Origin: an uncultured Pseudomonadota bacterium
GTDB taxonomy: Bacteria; Pseudomonadota; Alphaproteobacteria; Rs-D84
Length of the DNA: 64,000 bases
Direction of reading: 5' to 3'
Assembly (NCBI GenBank): GCA_946613885.1
Contig: CAMOGA010000005.1
Location: 3,159-67,158, forward strand
Of this stretch, positions 19,601-27,615 are shown in pieces (positions within the stretch are counted from its first letter, which is position 1; each line of letters starts with the position of its first letter). The translations under genes were made by a program, and so were the position numbers. Under the pieces are notes generated by a model. The model ran no database searches and was not told where the DNA came from. It saw only the letters and a program-made list of their open reading frames with translations.

Positions 19601-20536
19601 ATGAAAATAAAAAAGTGTCCTTTGTATGGTATTTGTGGTGGTTGTCAGTTTGATTTTTCTGACACAGGTTATCAGACAGAAAAATCAGCGGTATTGCCAA
19701 AAATAAAATATACTAAAACGCCAATTTTTGTGCCGGCTGGGTTGCGTCGTCGTTGTGATTTCGCCTTTGTTGATGGGCATTTTGGTTTTTATAAACGTCA
19801 AACCAAGGATGTTATTGATGTTATCGCATGTCCAAACGTGGCAGATGAAATAAATACAATATTACCGGATGTTGCAAAATTGCCTTGGGGTGGGTCGGGC
19901 AGTGTATTAATAACAAAATGTGAAAACGGTATAGATGTGGCGATTAACAGTATCATTCCGTATTTTAGTGCCGATTTTAAACAGGCTGTGGAAAAATTGC
20001 CATCACAAATTATACGTGTTGTTTGGAACAATATTGAAATTATAAAACGTGCACAGCCACAAATAAAATTTAATGATAAAATTATTGATTATCCGCCACA
20101 TGCGTTTTTACAGCCCACAATTGAAACAGAACAAATTTTGCGGGATTTGGTTGTGAAAAATGTTGGTGATGCGAAACGTGTTGCTGATTTGTTTTGTGGA
20201 TTGGGAAATTTTACCTTTGCGACAAATGCGGTTGGTTTTGATATTTTTGGAAACGGTGTAAAACGTGATTTGTTTAAAAATCCGTTGCGTGCAAATCAAT
20301 TAAATAGTTATGATGTTGTTATAATGGACCCACCGCGTTCTGGTGCATTGGCACAGAGCAAAGAATTGGTAAAATCTGGTGTTAAAAAATTTATATATGT
20401 ATCATGTAATCCAAATACTTTTATACGGGATATGGAAATATTGCAACGTGGTGGTTATAAAATGATAATCTCAATCCCAATTGACCAATTTGTTGGCAGT
20501 AGTCATTGGGAAATATTTAGTGTTTTTGAAAAATAA
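19601..20536 (+). CDS. RlmD/TrmA-family RNA (uracil-C5)-methyltransferase, no TRAM domain
   Basis: N-terminal Cys cluster CPLYGICGGCQF, SAM motifs DLFCGLGNFTF and VIMDPPRSG, and catalytic YVSCNP.TF.RD. Start set at the ATG at 19601 rather than the TTG at 19595. Confidence 0.8.
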   Translation: MKIKKCPLYGICGGCQFDFSDTGYQTEKSAVLPKIKYTKTPIFVPAGLRRRCDFAFVDGHFGFYKRQTKDVIDVIACPNVADEINTILPDVAKLPWGGSGSVLITKCENGIDVAINSIIPYFSADFKQAVEKLPSQIIRVVWNNIEIIKRAQPQIKFNDKIIDYPPHAFLQPTIETEQILRDLVVKNVGDAKRVADLFCGLGNFTFATNAVGFDIFGNGVKRDLFKNPLRANQLNSYDVVIMDPPRSGALAQSKELVKSGVKKFIYVSCNPNTFIRDMEILQRGGYKMIISIPIDQFVGSSHWEIFSVFEK

Positions 20537-20545
20537 TTTTTCCGC

Positions 20546-20574
20546 TTTTTTCAGTATGCAAAATCTGATATAAT
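20546..20574 (+). promoter_or_regulatory. candidate extended -10 promoter for the GC-rich RNA island
   Basis: TGATATAAT (TGn + TATAAT, 20566-20574) lies just upstream of a GGGG start. The -35 region is poor and T-rich. Confidence 0.4.
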
Positions 20575-20576
20575 AC

Positions 20577-20915
20577 TGGGGTAAGGAAGGAAAAACAAAC
20601 GGACAAAAATCGCAGGGTTGGCAAATCGGCTGAAACCCGCAGAACTCTACACACACAGATAGTTTACCTGTAAACAAAATTTTTCCAATTAACATTAATT
20701 AAGAAACGGGGGGACACCCCTCCGGCTGTGCCGCAGCCCCCCGATGGGGCGGAATTAGAAAAAATACCGCCGTCGCCGGCGGTATTTTCCGGGTGCCCTG
20801 AAAGGAAGGAAAGGAGAAAAAGAAATTAGGCACCCTAAACTGAGACGGGCCCAAAGTCCAGAGGAGAGAGAATGTAGGAGGGAGTCTGAAAACCCCGGGC
20901 CCGATAATGGTCAAA
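20577..20915 (+). ncRNA. structured GC-rich non-coding RNA candidate (possibly a divergent RNase P RNA)
   Basis: Sharp GC-rich island in an AT-rich genome, about 340 nt, with no credible ORF. Strong helices: GGGGGG/CCCCCC (20708/20737), a 12-bp AAAAUACCGCCG/CGGCGGUAUUUU hairpin (20761-20788), GGGUGCC/GGCACCC (20791/20829) and CGGGCCC/GGGCCCG (20846/20897). The 5' GGGG can also pair with CCCC at 20892. Several RNase P-like strings are colinear on the + strand. The canonical GGAAAGUCC P4 strand is not present. Confidence 0.4.
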
Positions 20916-21064
20916 TGATTTTTATCCTTTGACGATGTAAAATATAATACACAAAAAATAATTTGTCAAGCATTTTGTCAAAAATTTTTTTAGTGTATTT
21001 TATTGTGCGCTTTTTGTCGCAATAAAACCTTGCAAAGCCTTGATTTTTCGGGTATTGTTGTGTC

Positions 21065-21484
21065 ATGATTAGAAATATTAGTGTGTTTACTTCTGACATT
21101 TATTGGCAACATATTTTTGTTGAACTGGGGGCGGTTATCGCCGATTCGCAAAAAGTGGCAGATGTTGTGTTTGATGATTTGGATATAAAAACACCTGTGG
21201 CGATTAGGGATTTGTATAAAATCATATTGGATGCGGCGAATAACACAGATATAATCACAGATGTTTTTGGAAAATATGTGATTTTGCCAACTTTGCAACA
21301 TAAAATAGTGGTTTTGTTATACAAAAATCCAAATATAACCATGCAAGAGTTAAAAAATTGCCTGGGGTTATTGCCAGATATAACAACACATACTGTGGAA
21401 AATGCAATTTATCAGTTGCGAAAAATTTATGGTCATGATTTTATTCAAAATATAAATGGGACATATAAAATTGGACACGTATAA
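21065..21484 (+). CDS. winged-helix DNA-binding protein resembling the N-terminal repressor domain of class II BirA
   Basis: The C-terminal 65 aa (LQHKIVVLLYKNPNITMQELKNCLGL...TTHTVENAIYQLRKIYGHDFIQNINGTYKIG) parallel E. coli BirA residues ~5-60. The ORF overlaps the birA start by 29 nt in another frame. Confidence 0.5.
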   Translation: MIRNISVFTSDIYWQHIFVELGAVIADSQKVADVVFDDLDIKTPVAIRDLYKIILDAANNTDIITDVFGKYVILPTLQHKIVVLLYKNPNITMQELKNCLGLLPDITTHTVENAIYQLRKIYGHDFIQNINGTYKIGHV

Positions 21485-22139
21485 ATTATTGTCTTTTGAT
21501 AAAATCCCCAGCACGCAAGATTATGCGCATGATTTGATTGCACATAATAAAATGGGTAATAAAACAATTATTACCGCGATGGCACAAAGTGCAGGGCGGG
21601 GGCGTTATCGCCGCAGTTGGGTTTCACATCATGGAAATTTATACGCATCGTTTATTTATAAAATAACAGAACGTGATCCACGGTTGTCTTATGCAATGGG
21701 GGTCGCTGTTGCAGAAACATTGATTGATTTTGGAATTAGCCCACAAATTAAATGGCCTAATGATGTTTTAGTCGATGGAAAGAAAATTAGTGGTATCTTG
21801 ATTGAGTATTCGCAAAAGTTTGTGATTATTGGTATTGGAATAAATATAAAAACATGTCCAACTGTTGCAGAATATAAAACTACTAAAATGAATAATTATG
21901 TTAAAAATGTTGATGTGTCAGATTTGTTAAATGTTCTGATAAAAAAAATTGATAAATGGCGCAAAACTGATTTCGCCGTTGTTCGTGAACGCTGGATGAA
22001 TTTAGCGGCAGCATTAAACAAAATGATAAAATATCACGGAAAAGATGTGGAATTAATCGGATTAAATGAAGATGGTGCTTTGGTTTTACGTGATGGTTCG
22101 CGATATATTTTAACATATGGTGAAGAAATCAGTTTTTAA
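21456..22139 (+). CDS. birA: biotin--[acetyl-CoA-carboxylase] ligase (catalytic and C-terminal domains only)
   Basis: IPSTQDY, QSAGRGRYRRSW (GRGRxGR.W biotin loop), KWPNDV and KISGILIE. Confidence 0.85.
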   Translation: MGHIKLDTYKLLSFDKIPSTQDYAHDLIAHNKMGNKTIITAMAQSAGRGRYRRSWVSHHGNLYASFIYKITERDPRLSYAMGVAVAETLIDFGISPQIKWPNDVLVDGKKISGILIEYSQKFVIIGIGINIKTCPTVAEYKTTKMNNYVKNVDVSDLLNVLIKKIDKWRKTDFAVVRERWMNLAAALNKMIKYHGKDVELIGLNEDGALVLRDGSRYILTYGEEISF

Positions 22140-22143
22140 TTGC

Positions 22144-22172
22144 TTGACTTTGATGTCAATTTGTGATATTAT
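22144..22172 (+). promoter_or_regulatory. strong sigma70-like promoter at the left edge of the phage-like module
   Basis: TTGACT, 17 nt spacer, TATTAT, with TGn extended -10 (TGATATTAT). Confidence 0.5.
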
Positions 22173-22199
22173 ATTAAACATCAAGAATAGAAATTATGT

Positions 22200-22223
22200 C
22201 CGCACGTTGTTGCGGTTTTTTTT
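22200..22223 (+). terminator. intrinsic terminator 1, ~25 nt after the promoter
   Basis: CCGCAcgttgtTGCGG followed by tttttttt. Confidence 0.6.
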
Positions 22224-22237
22224 ATTCTGAATTTTTT

Positions 22238-22266
22238 GTCTGTGCGTGTTTGCACGGACTTTTTTT
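22238..22266 (+). terminator. intrinsic terminator 2 (tandem)
   Basis: GTCTGTGCgtgtttGCACGGAC followed by ttttttt. Confidence 0.6.
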
Positions 22267-22285
22267 ATTTAAATAGGAAAATAAC

Positions 22286-22696
22286 ATGCATTTAAATTTG
22301 ATAACAAATGATGATGATACGCAAATCACATCATATAAATTGGCACGCATAGTTTTTGCAGAAACTAATGCTGTGTCTTTGCGAGCTGTGGAATCGATGG
22401 CATCAATGATTTATAATATTCATATTAAATATGATAAATCGTTTGCAGATATTGCACATGATAAAAATCTGTTTGATGTATTAAATGAAAATTCATCAAG
22501 ACATAAATTATTAAATGTAAATGCAGATGATAAAAAATTACAAATGTGTTTGCGTGTCGTCAAAACTATGATGCGTGGTAATTTACCAGATGCTGTATTT
22601 GGTGCAATAAAATTTCATCATGCTGACATAATTCCATATTGGGCGATGGCACGTGGATATATAACTGAATGTGAAGATATTTTATATTATTTATAA
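22286..22696 (+). CDS. SleB/CwlJ-type cell wall hydrolase (phage endolysin-like)
   Basis: LARIVFAETNA......MASMIYNI and the C-terminal AIKFHHADIIPYWA follow the Hydrolase_2 (SleB-like) pattern. Confidence 0.65.
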   Translation: MHLNLITNDDDTQITSYKLARIVFAETNAVSLRAVESMASMIYNIHIKYDKSFADIAHDKNLFDVLNENSSRHKLLNVNADDKKLQMCLRVVKTMMRGNLPDAVFGAIKFHHADIIPYWAMARGYITECEDILYYL

Positions 22697-22708
22697 TGAG
22701 GATGAATC

Positions 22709-22900
22709 ATGAATAAATTTATACGTGGTGGATATTTGAAAAATCGTAAAACATATGTTGTATCAACAACAGGAATCGTTGGTGCAATGGGCGCGTATCT
22801 GATTGGTGATGCAGATATATTTACAACATTACAAACAATATTTATGTTGTCTGGAATTTATTTCTTGAAACAAGAATCTTCAACCAAAGGAAAAAAATAA
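22709..22900 (+). CDS. small two-TM membrane protein, holin-like by position
   Basis: 63 aa with two hydrophobic segments and a charged C-terminus, directly after the hydrolase gene. Confidence 0.35.
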   Translation: MNKFIRGGYLKNRKTYVVSTTGIVGAMGAYLIGDADIFTTLQTIFMLSGIYFLKQESSTKGKK

Positions 22901-23556
22901 TGGAATCTGTACCAGAAAAATTTTTAAATGCAGATGGTGAATTAAATACTTCTGCGTTGGTTAAATCATATTGCGAATTAGAAAAAAAGATGAGCAATAT
23001 GGTATCTGTACCAAATGAAGATAGTGATGATGTTGCAAAACAAAAATTTAATCATGCAATTGGGGTGCCTGATGATGCATCTGAATATCCAACAAATGAT
23101 TTGTTTGATGACGAATCGATTCGGAAAAAATTTCACGAGATTGGTTTAACATCAAAACAAGTTGAAAAAATTTATTCCATCGCAGAAGAATTTTTACAAC
23201 CAACATTACAAAATTTATTTCAATTACAATCACAAACAAATGCGATTAATGAATTAAAAAAATTTTTTGGTGATGATGATAAAATGAACGAAGCATTACG
23301 TGAAATAAATTCATTTGGTGAAAGATTTTTACCACACGATGCATTTGATGAGTTGTGCTCTACACCCCAGGGAATCCAAGGCATATATAAAATGATGCAA
23401 TCAATGGAACCAACAATTTTAACAAACAAAAATACAAATGAAAATTTAACTGATGATGCATTGCGAAACATGATGCGTGATCCAAAATATTGGCGTGATC
23501 ATGATCCTGAATATGTTAGAAAAATTGAAAATGGTTTTAAAAAATTATATTCATAA
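22900..23556 (+). CDS. phage capsid scaffolding protein candidate
   Basis: Acidic and helical. N-terminus VPEKFLNADGELNTSALVKSYCELEKK is the pattern seen at the start of podovirus scaffold/assembly proteins. Lies upstream of the capsid gene, as T7 gp9 does. Confidence 0.45.
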   Translation: MESVPEKFLNADGELNTSALVKSYCELEKKMSNMVSVPNEDSDDVAKQKFNHAIGVPDDASEYPTNDLFDDESIRKKFHEIGLTSKQVEKIYSIAEEFLQPTLQNLFQLQSQTNAINELKKFFGDDDKMNEALREINSFGERFLPHDAFDELCSTPQGIQGIYKMMQSMEPTILTNKNTNENLTDDALRNMMRDPKYWRDHDPEYVRKIENGFKKLYS

Positions 23557-23650
23557 TCATTTTATTCTTTACTATTTTGTTTGTTTCATATAAAATAAAA
23601 CCAAGAACAAAATAATTTTGTTCTGTCCAAAAACTTAAAAGGAGAGAATT

Positions 23651-23980
23651 ATGTTCTTTGGTTCCAAGAAAAAATGTGGTTGTGCAAAAGCTGCTGCAAA
23701 GCCAGCTGCTAAACCAGCTGCAAAAAAAGCACCTGCGAAAAAAGTAGCAGTTAAAAAACCAGCTGCAAAACCAGTTGCAAAAAAAGCACCTGCGAAAAAA
23801 GTAGCAGTTAAAAAAGTAGCTGCAAAACCAGTTGCAAAAAAAGCACCTGCGAAAAAAGTAGCTGCAAAAAAACCAGTTGCGAAAAAAGCACCTGCGAAAA
23901 AAGTAGCAGTTAAAAAACCAGCTGCGAAAAAACCAGTTGCAAAAAAAGCACCTGCGAAAAAAGTAGTTAAGAAAAAATAA
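23651..23980 (+). CDS. histone H1-like Lys/Ala/Pro tandem-repeat basic protein
   Basis: Good RBS (aaaaggagagaatt ATG). About 85% K/A/P/V in repeated [19 protein letters not shown] units. Flanked by its own hairpins/terminators. Confidence 0.7.
   Translation: MFFGSKKKCGCAKAAAKPAAKPAAKKAPAKKVAVKKPAAKPVAKKAPAKKVAVKKVAAKPVAKKAPAKKVAAKKPVAKKAPAKKVAVKKPAAKKPVAKKAPAKKVVKKK
23690..23975. repeat. imperfect in-frame tandem DNA repeats (45-60 bp units) encoding the KA-rich protein
   Basis: The core gcaaaaaaagcacctgcgaaaaaagtagc recurs about five times at ~57, 57, 45 and 60 bp spacing. Confidence 0.8.
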
Positions 23981-24003
23981 TATGCAAATTTGTATATGAT
24001 TTT

Positions 24004-24038
24004 AATCCCCAAAGCACCATGTTTTGGGGATTTTTTTT
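24004..24038 (+). terminator. intrinsic terminator after the KA-repeat gene
   Basis: AATCCCCAAA...TTTGGGGATT followed by a run of eight T. Confidence 0.7.
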
Positions 24039-24198
24039 AAGATAAATTTTTCAGTTGGATTATATATGTCTAACTGAATTTTTTATTGGATAATCCGTTT
24101 TTTGGACCCTGAATAATGTTTTTATTTATGGCGCATTTTTTGCACAACCATTGATAAAAATTTTTTAGATTTCATAAACAATAAAAAAAGGATTTAAT

Positions 24199-25026
24199 AT
24201 GTCTATGTCTGTTGATCAAGTGTTTATCAAACAATTTGAAGCAGATGTTCATTTGGCTTATCAGCAAATGGGCACAAAATTACGCTCTACAATCCGCAGT
24301 AAATCAGGAGTTGTAGGATATTCAACAACCTTTCAAAAAATTGGCAAGGGTATCGCCAGTACTAAATCACGCCATGGTATTGTGCCGGTTATGAATTTGA
24401 ATCATACACCTGTGGAATGCACTTTACAGGATTATTATGCAGGCGATTGGGTCGATGCATTGGATGAATTGAAAACTAATGTTGATGAACGTCGTGTGGT
24501 GGCATCTGCCGGGGCATATGCGTTGGGTCGTAAAACAGATGAATTAATCATCAATGCTATGAACAGTGCAACACAATATGTTGGCGATTATTCCACAGGT
24601 TTAACCAAATCTTTGATTATGTCCGCACTGGAAATTTTGAATACTAACGATGTGCCAGATGATGGCCGCAGATTTGCAGTTGTTGGTGTTCATCAATGGA
24701 ACGAATTGTTAAAGATATCTGAATTTGTTTCCGCAGATTATGTTGGCAATGCAACACCATTGGTTGACGGTTGCGAATCCAGAAAATGGTTGGGTGTTAA
24801 TTGGATTTTATGTAATGCATTACCGTTGGCAAATACTGATGACCGCGATTGCTTTATTTATCATGCATCCAGTATTGGTCATGCATGTGGTCAAGAAGTT
24901 AAAACAGATATTACCTGGCATGGTGAACGTGCTGCACACTTTATTAGCAACAGTATGTCCCAAGGTGCAGTTTTGATTGATGGCGAAGGTATCGTTCGTA
25001 TTAAATGCGATGACGATGCAGAGTAA
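24199..25026 (+). CDS. major capsid protein, T7 gp10-like
   Basis: The N-terminal half parallels T7 gp10 (F.K.F...V..A.......R..IRS.S.....F...G......). Position between scaffold and tail tubular genes. At 275 aa it is short. Confidence 0.65.
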   Translation: MSMSVDQVFIKQFEADVHLAYQQMGTKLRSTIRSKSGVVGYSTTFQKIGKGIASTKSRHGIVPVMNLNHTPVECTLQDYYAGDWVDALDELKTNVDERRVVASAGAYALGRKTDELIINAMNSATQYVGDYSTGLTKSLIMSALEILNTNDVPDDGRRFAVVGVHQWNELLKISEFVSADYVGNATPLVDGCESRKWLGVNWILCNALPLANTDDRDCFIYHASSIGHACGQEVKTDITWHGERAAHFISNSMSQGAVLIDGEGIVRIKCDDDAE

Positions 25027-25049
25027 TATTTTAACCAAAAGGAAACAAA

Positions 25050-25280
25050 ATGGCTTTTCAAAATAAGAATTTGTCTGTGATTGCGTATGCAAATGGTTTT
25101 ACATTATGGCATTATAAAGAAAATGTGACATTGGCAACGATAATCGCATCTGGATATTTTAATTCTGTAAAAACATTGATGAATACAGGTGATATAATCT
25201 TAATCAATGGTTCAAACGGATCAACAATCAAGGTTGCATCAGTTGTTGATGGTGTTGTCAGTTTGGCGGCACTGTCATAA
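25050..25280 (+). CDS. small phage protein after the capsid gene (possible decoration or minor head protein)
   Basis: 76-aa ORF with an RBS, tightly spaced after the capsid gene. No motif recognised. Confidence 0.35.
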   Translation: MAFQNKNLSVIAYANGFTLWHYKENVTLATIIASGYFNSVKTLMNTGDIILINGSNGSTIKVASVVDGVVSLAALS

Positions 25281-25303
25281 TTTATTTTAATTTGTTCATA
25301 TAT

Positions 25304-25328
25304 CGGGTCGCTTTTTGCGACCCGTTTC
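25304..25328 (+). terminator. hairpin or weak terminator after the head genes
   Basis: CGGGTCGCtttttGCGACCCG followed by tttc. The U-tract is short. Confidence 0.4.
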
Positions 25329-25334
25329 TAATTA

Positions 25335-25865
25335 ATGGGTGTTAAAATGTTTACTAAAATAGATTTATGTTCAATGGCTTTGTTAAAATTGGGCGAAAAA
25401 CCAATTCAATCTTTGAACGAAGATTGTGTGGCTGCCAAATTAGCGCAAAGTTTATTTAATCCAGTAATTGATACATTGTTATCAATGTTTCCTTGGCATT
25501 TCGCAACACAATCAATTTTGTTGGTAAAAAATTCTGATGGTGATTTCGTTATTCCACAAAATGTGTTAAGGGTTTTAAAATGGTCTGGTAAAATAATTGG
25601 AAATAAAATCGAATCCAATTCAGATACATTGAATATAACAGCAATTGTTAAAACAGAACCAGAAAATTTTCCAGGATATTTTGCAAATCTGGTCGCAGAT
25701 AAATTAGCAATGGAATTTTGTATTCCGCTGACAGGTGATGCAAATGTTTTTCGAATGATGTCGGCAATATATGAATCAGAATATCAATCTGCAAAATTCA
25801 TAGATAGCGCATCTTCTAATCAATCAAATATAGATAATTTTTCTTTGATTAATGCCAGATTTTAA
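25335..25865 (+). CDS. tail tubular protein A, T7 gp11-like
   Basis: IDLCSMALLKLGEKPIQSLNEDCVAAKLAQSLFNPVIDTLLSMFPWHFA parallels T7 gp11 [45 protein letters not shown]. Size similar. Start at 25335 or 25347. Confidence 0.65.
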   Translation: MGVKMFTKIDLCSMALLKLGEKPIQSLNEDCVAAKLAQSLFNPVIDTLLSMFPWHFATQSILLVKNSDGDFVIPQNVLRVLKWSGKIIGNKIESNSDTLNITAIVKTEPENFPGYFANLVADKLAMEFCIPLTGDANVFRMMSAIYESEYQSAKFIDSASSNQSNIDNFSLINARF

Positions 25866-25882
25866 ACAAAAGGATTTTATTC

Positions 25883-27595
25883 ATGGGAAATTTTTTAAAG
25901 ACACAAAATGTTTTTTCTGACGGTGAAATTGCACCAGAATTTTATTCAATAAATAATGTTCATGGTGTTGCATCTTTGGAAAACGTTGATGTTTTACAAT
26001 CTGGTGGATTGAAACGTCGGCGCGGATTAAAAAAAATAAAAAATACGGTTAATGGTGCAATATTAGTACCTTTTGTGATAAATGAATCTGAAAAATATTT
26101 GTTGGTAATATATGATACATCCATAGATGTTTATTGTAATGATACCAAAGTATCTTCGATAATATCGCCGTGGTTGGCATCTGATTTATCAAAATTACAA
26201 TATGCACAAAGGTTTAATTCGATATTTTTTGTTCATCCAAATTATATCCCAAAAATTTTAACAAAAACATCGTCTGGTTTTTCTTTAACAGATTTTGTGT
26301 TTTATATTAATTCTGATATTAGTGTGAATATGCCTTTTACACGATTCGATGATACAGATAATATTACAATCGGTATCAGCCCCAGTTCCATAGATAATAA
26401 CCATGCGATATTTACAGCCAGTGCAGATTTGTGGAATGACAATTGGGTTAATACCAGGTTATTAGCAAATAACAAACAGTGGGTTATTGAATCTGTGCAA
26501 GATGCACGTGTGGCAACCGTTTTTACTAACGGTGGTTATACGTTGCCTGATGGTGTGTTAAAAGAGTGGTACGAGGCCGCTTTTAATCCAAGACGTGGTT
26601 GGCCAATGTCTGTATCATTTCATCAAAATAGATTAATTTTTGGTGGAACTCCGTCTTTGCCAAATAATATTTGGATGTCTAAAATTGGCATGTATAATAA
26701 TTTTGATGTTGGAACAGGATTAGATGACGAGGCAATTTTTACCACACTGTTATCATCACAACATCATCAAATATGTACGATTGTCAGTTCTGATGCGTTG
26801 CAAATATTAACTTCGGTTGGTGAATGGGCGATATCTAATTCACCATTAACACCGTCAAATGTTAATATTAAACAGCATACATCTGTTGGCAGTTTTATTG
26901 ATAAATATTTGCCACCACAACAAATTGAGGGTGCAACTGTTTTTGTGTCTAAATCTGGACATGATATTCGTGAATTAGATTTGGATACTCTGAACGATAA
27001 ATATAATGCCACAGATTTATGTGTCTTTTCCAAACATTTGATAAACAAACCGGTCAGTTTAGCGTATAACAAATCATGCCACCAATTATTCGTTGTTACA
27101 GATGATGGGAATATGGCTGTGTTAAACAAATATATTAACACAGATATCGCCGCATGGGGAAAATATACAACAGATGGTTTGTTTAAATGTGTTGCAGTTG
27201 TTGATGATACAACTTATGTTATTGTAAAACGCGGGAATACATCGTATCTGGAAAAATTTGATGATGAGTGTTTGGATGATGCCGGACAATATGATTTTTC
27301 ATATAAAATATCTGGTTTTCCAATGATTATAAATGGACATGTTCCAAAAAAAATTCGCGTTCGTAAAATATCACTGCGTGTAATGAATACGAAAACTTTG
27401 TTTGTGAATAATCACCGTATGGAAATACCGAATTATGCATATGATGAAAATCATGATGGATACAGTGGTGATTTGTATATGAATTTATTCGGAACACAAT
27501 TTGACACTATGAAACCGCTGTGGACAATATCCAGCAATGAACAATTACCAGCAACTATATTATCTGTGACAATGGACGGATGGTATTTAATGTAA
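25883..27595 (+). CDS. tail tubular protein B, T7 gp12-like (shortened)
   Basis: The central segment PRRGWPMSVSFHQNRLIFGGTPSLPNNIWMSKIGMYNNFD....DDEAI parallels T7 gp12 NPWPSF....FFFRNRLGFLSGENIILSRTAKYFNFYP....DDDPI. Follows the gp11-like gene. Confidence 0.6.
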   Translation: MGNFLKTQNVFSDGEIAPEFYSINNVHGVASLENVDVLQSGGLKRRRGLKKIKNTVNGAILVPFVINESEKYLLVIYDTSIDVYCNDTKVSSIISPWLASDLSKLQYAQRFNSIFFVHPNYIPKILTKTSSGFSLTDFVFYINSDISVNMPFTRFDDTDNITIGISPSSIDNNHAIFTASADLWNDNWVNTRLLANNKQWVIESVQDARVATVFTNGGYTLPDGVLKEWYEAAFNPRRGWPMSVSFHQNRLIFGGTPSLPNNIWMSKIGMYNNFDVGTGLDDEAIFTTLLSSQHHQICTIVSSDALQILTSVGEWAISNSPLTPSNVNIKQHTSVGSFIDKYLPPQQIEGATVFVSKSGHDIRELDLDTLNDKYNATDLCVFSKHLINKPVSLAYNKSCHQLFVVTDDGNMAVLNKYINTDIAAWGKYTTDGLFKCVAVVDDTTYVIVKRGNTSYLEKFDDECLDDAGQYDFSYKISGFPMIINGHVPKKIRVRKISLRVMNTKTLFVNNHRMEIPNYAYDENHDGYSGDLYMNLFGTQFDTMKPLWTISSNEQLPATILSVTMDGWYLM

Positions 27596-27615
27596 ATAAA
27601 TCAAAGGAGGTTTTT

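Noticed and set aside
20850-20864. CCCAAAGUCCAGAGG as the RNase P P4 5' strand (GGAAAGUCC)
   Set aside because: It lies only ~60 nt from the 3' end of the island, and no complementary P4 3' strand follows. It aligns better with the GGCCAAAUAGG region, so it does not rescue the missing P4 motif.
20699-20914. 71-aa minus-strand ORF (Pro/Gly/Phe-rich) inside the GC-rich island
   Set aside because: Its composition reflects the GC-rich structured region. It has no RBS and an implausible low-complexity sequence. The region is better explained as RNA.
20577-20915. tmRNA as the identity of the GC-rich island (it starts GGGG and contains GCAAAUCGG... which could read as an AN... tag)
   Set aside because: It has no T-arm or CCA-type 3' end, and the frame ends in ...THR* rather than AA*. 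An unambiguous permuted tmRNA is present at 61.8-62.1 kb.
23690-23975. Possible CRISPR array suggested by regularly spaced repeats
   Set aside because: The repeats are contiguous, in-frame and coding (KA-rich protein). There are no unique spacers and no cas genes. No CRISPR-like array was seen anywhere in the window.
23635-24012. 125-aa minus-strand ORF ([14 protein letters not shown]...) opposite the KA-repeat gene
   Set aside because: It is the mirror image of the lysine/alanine repeat (AAA/GCN read backwards gives F/A/G). It has no RBS, whereas the + strand ORF has a strong RBS and terminator.
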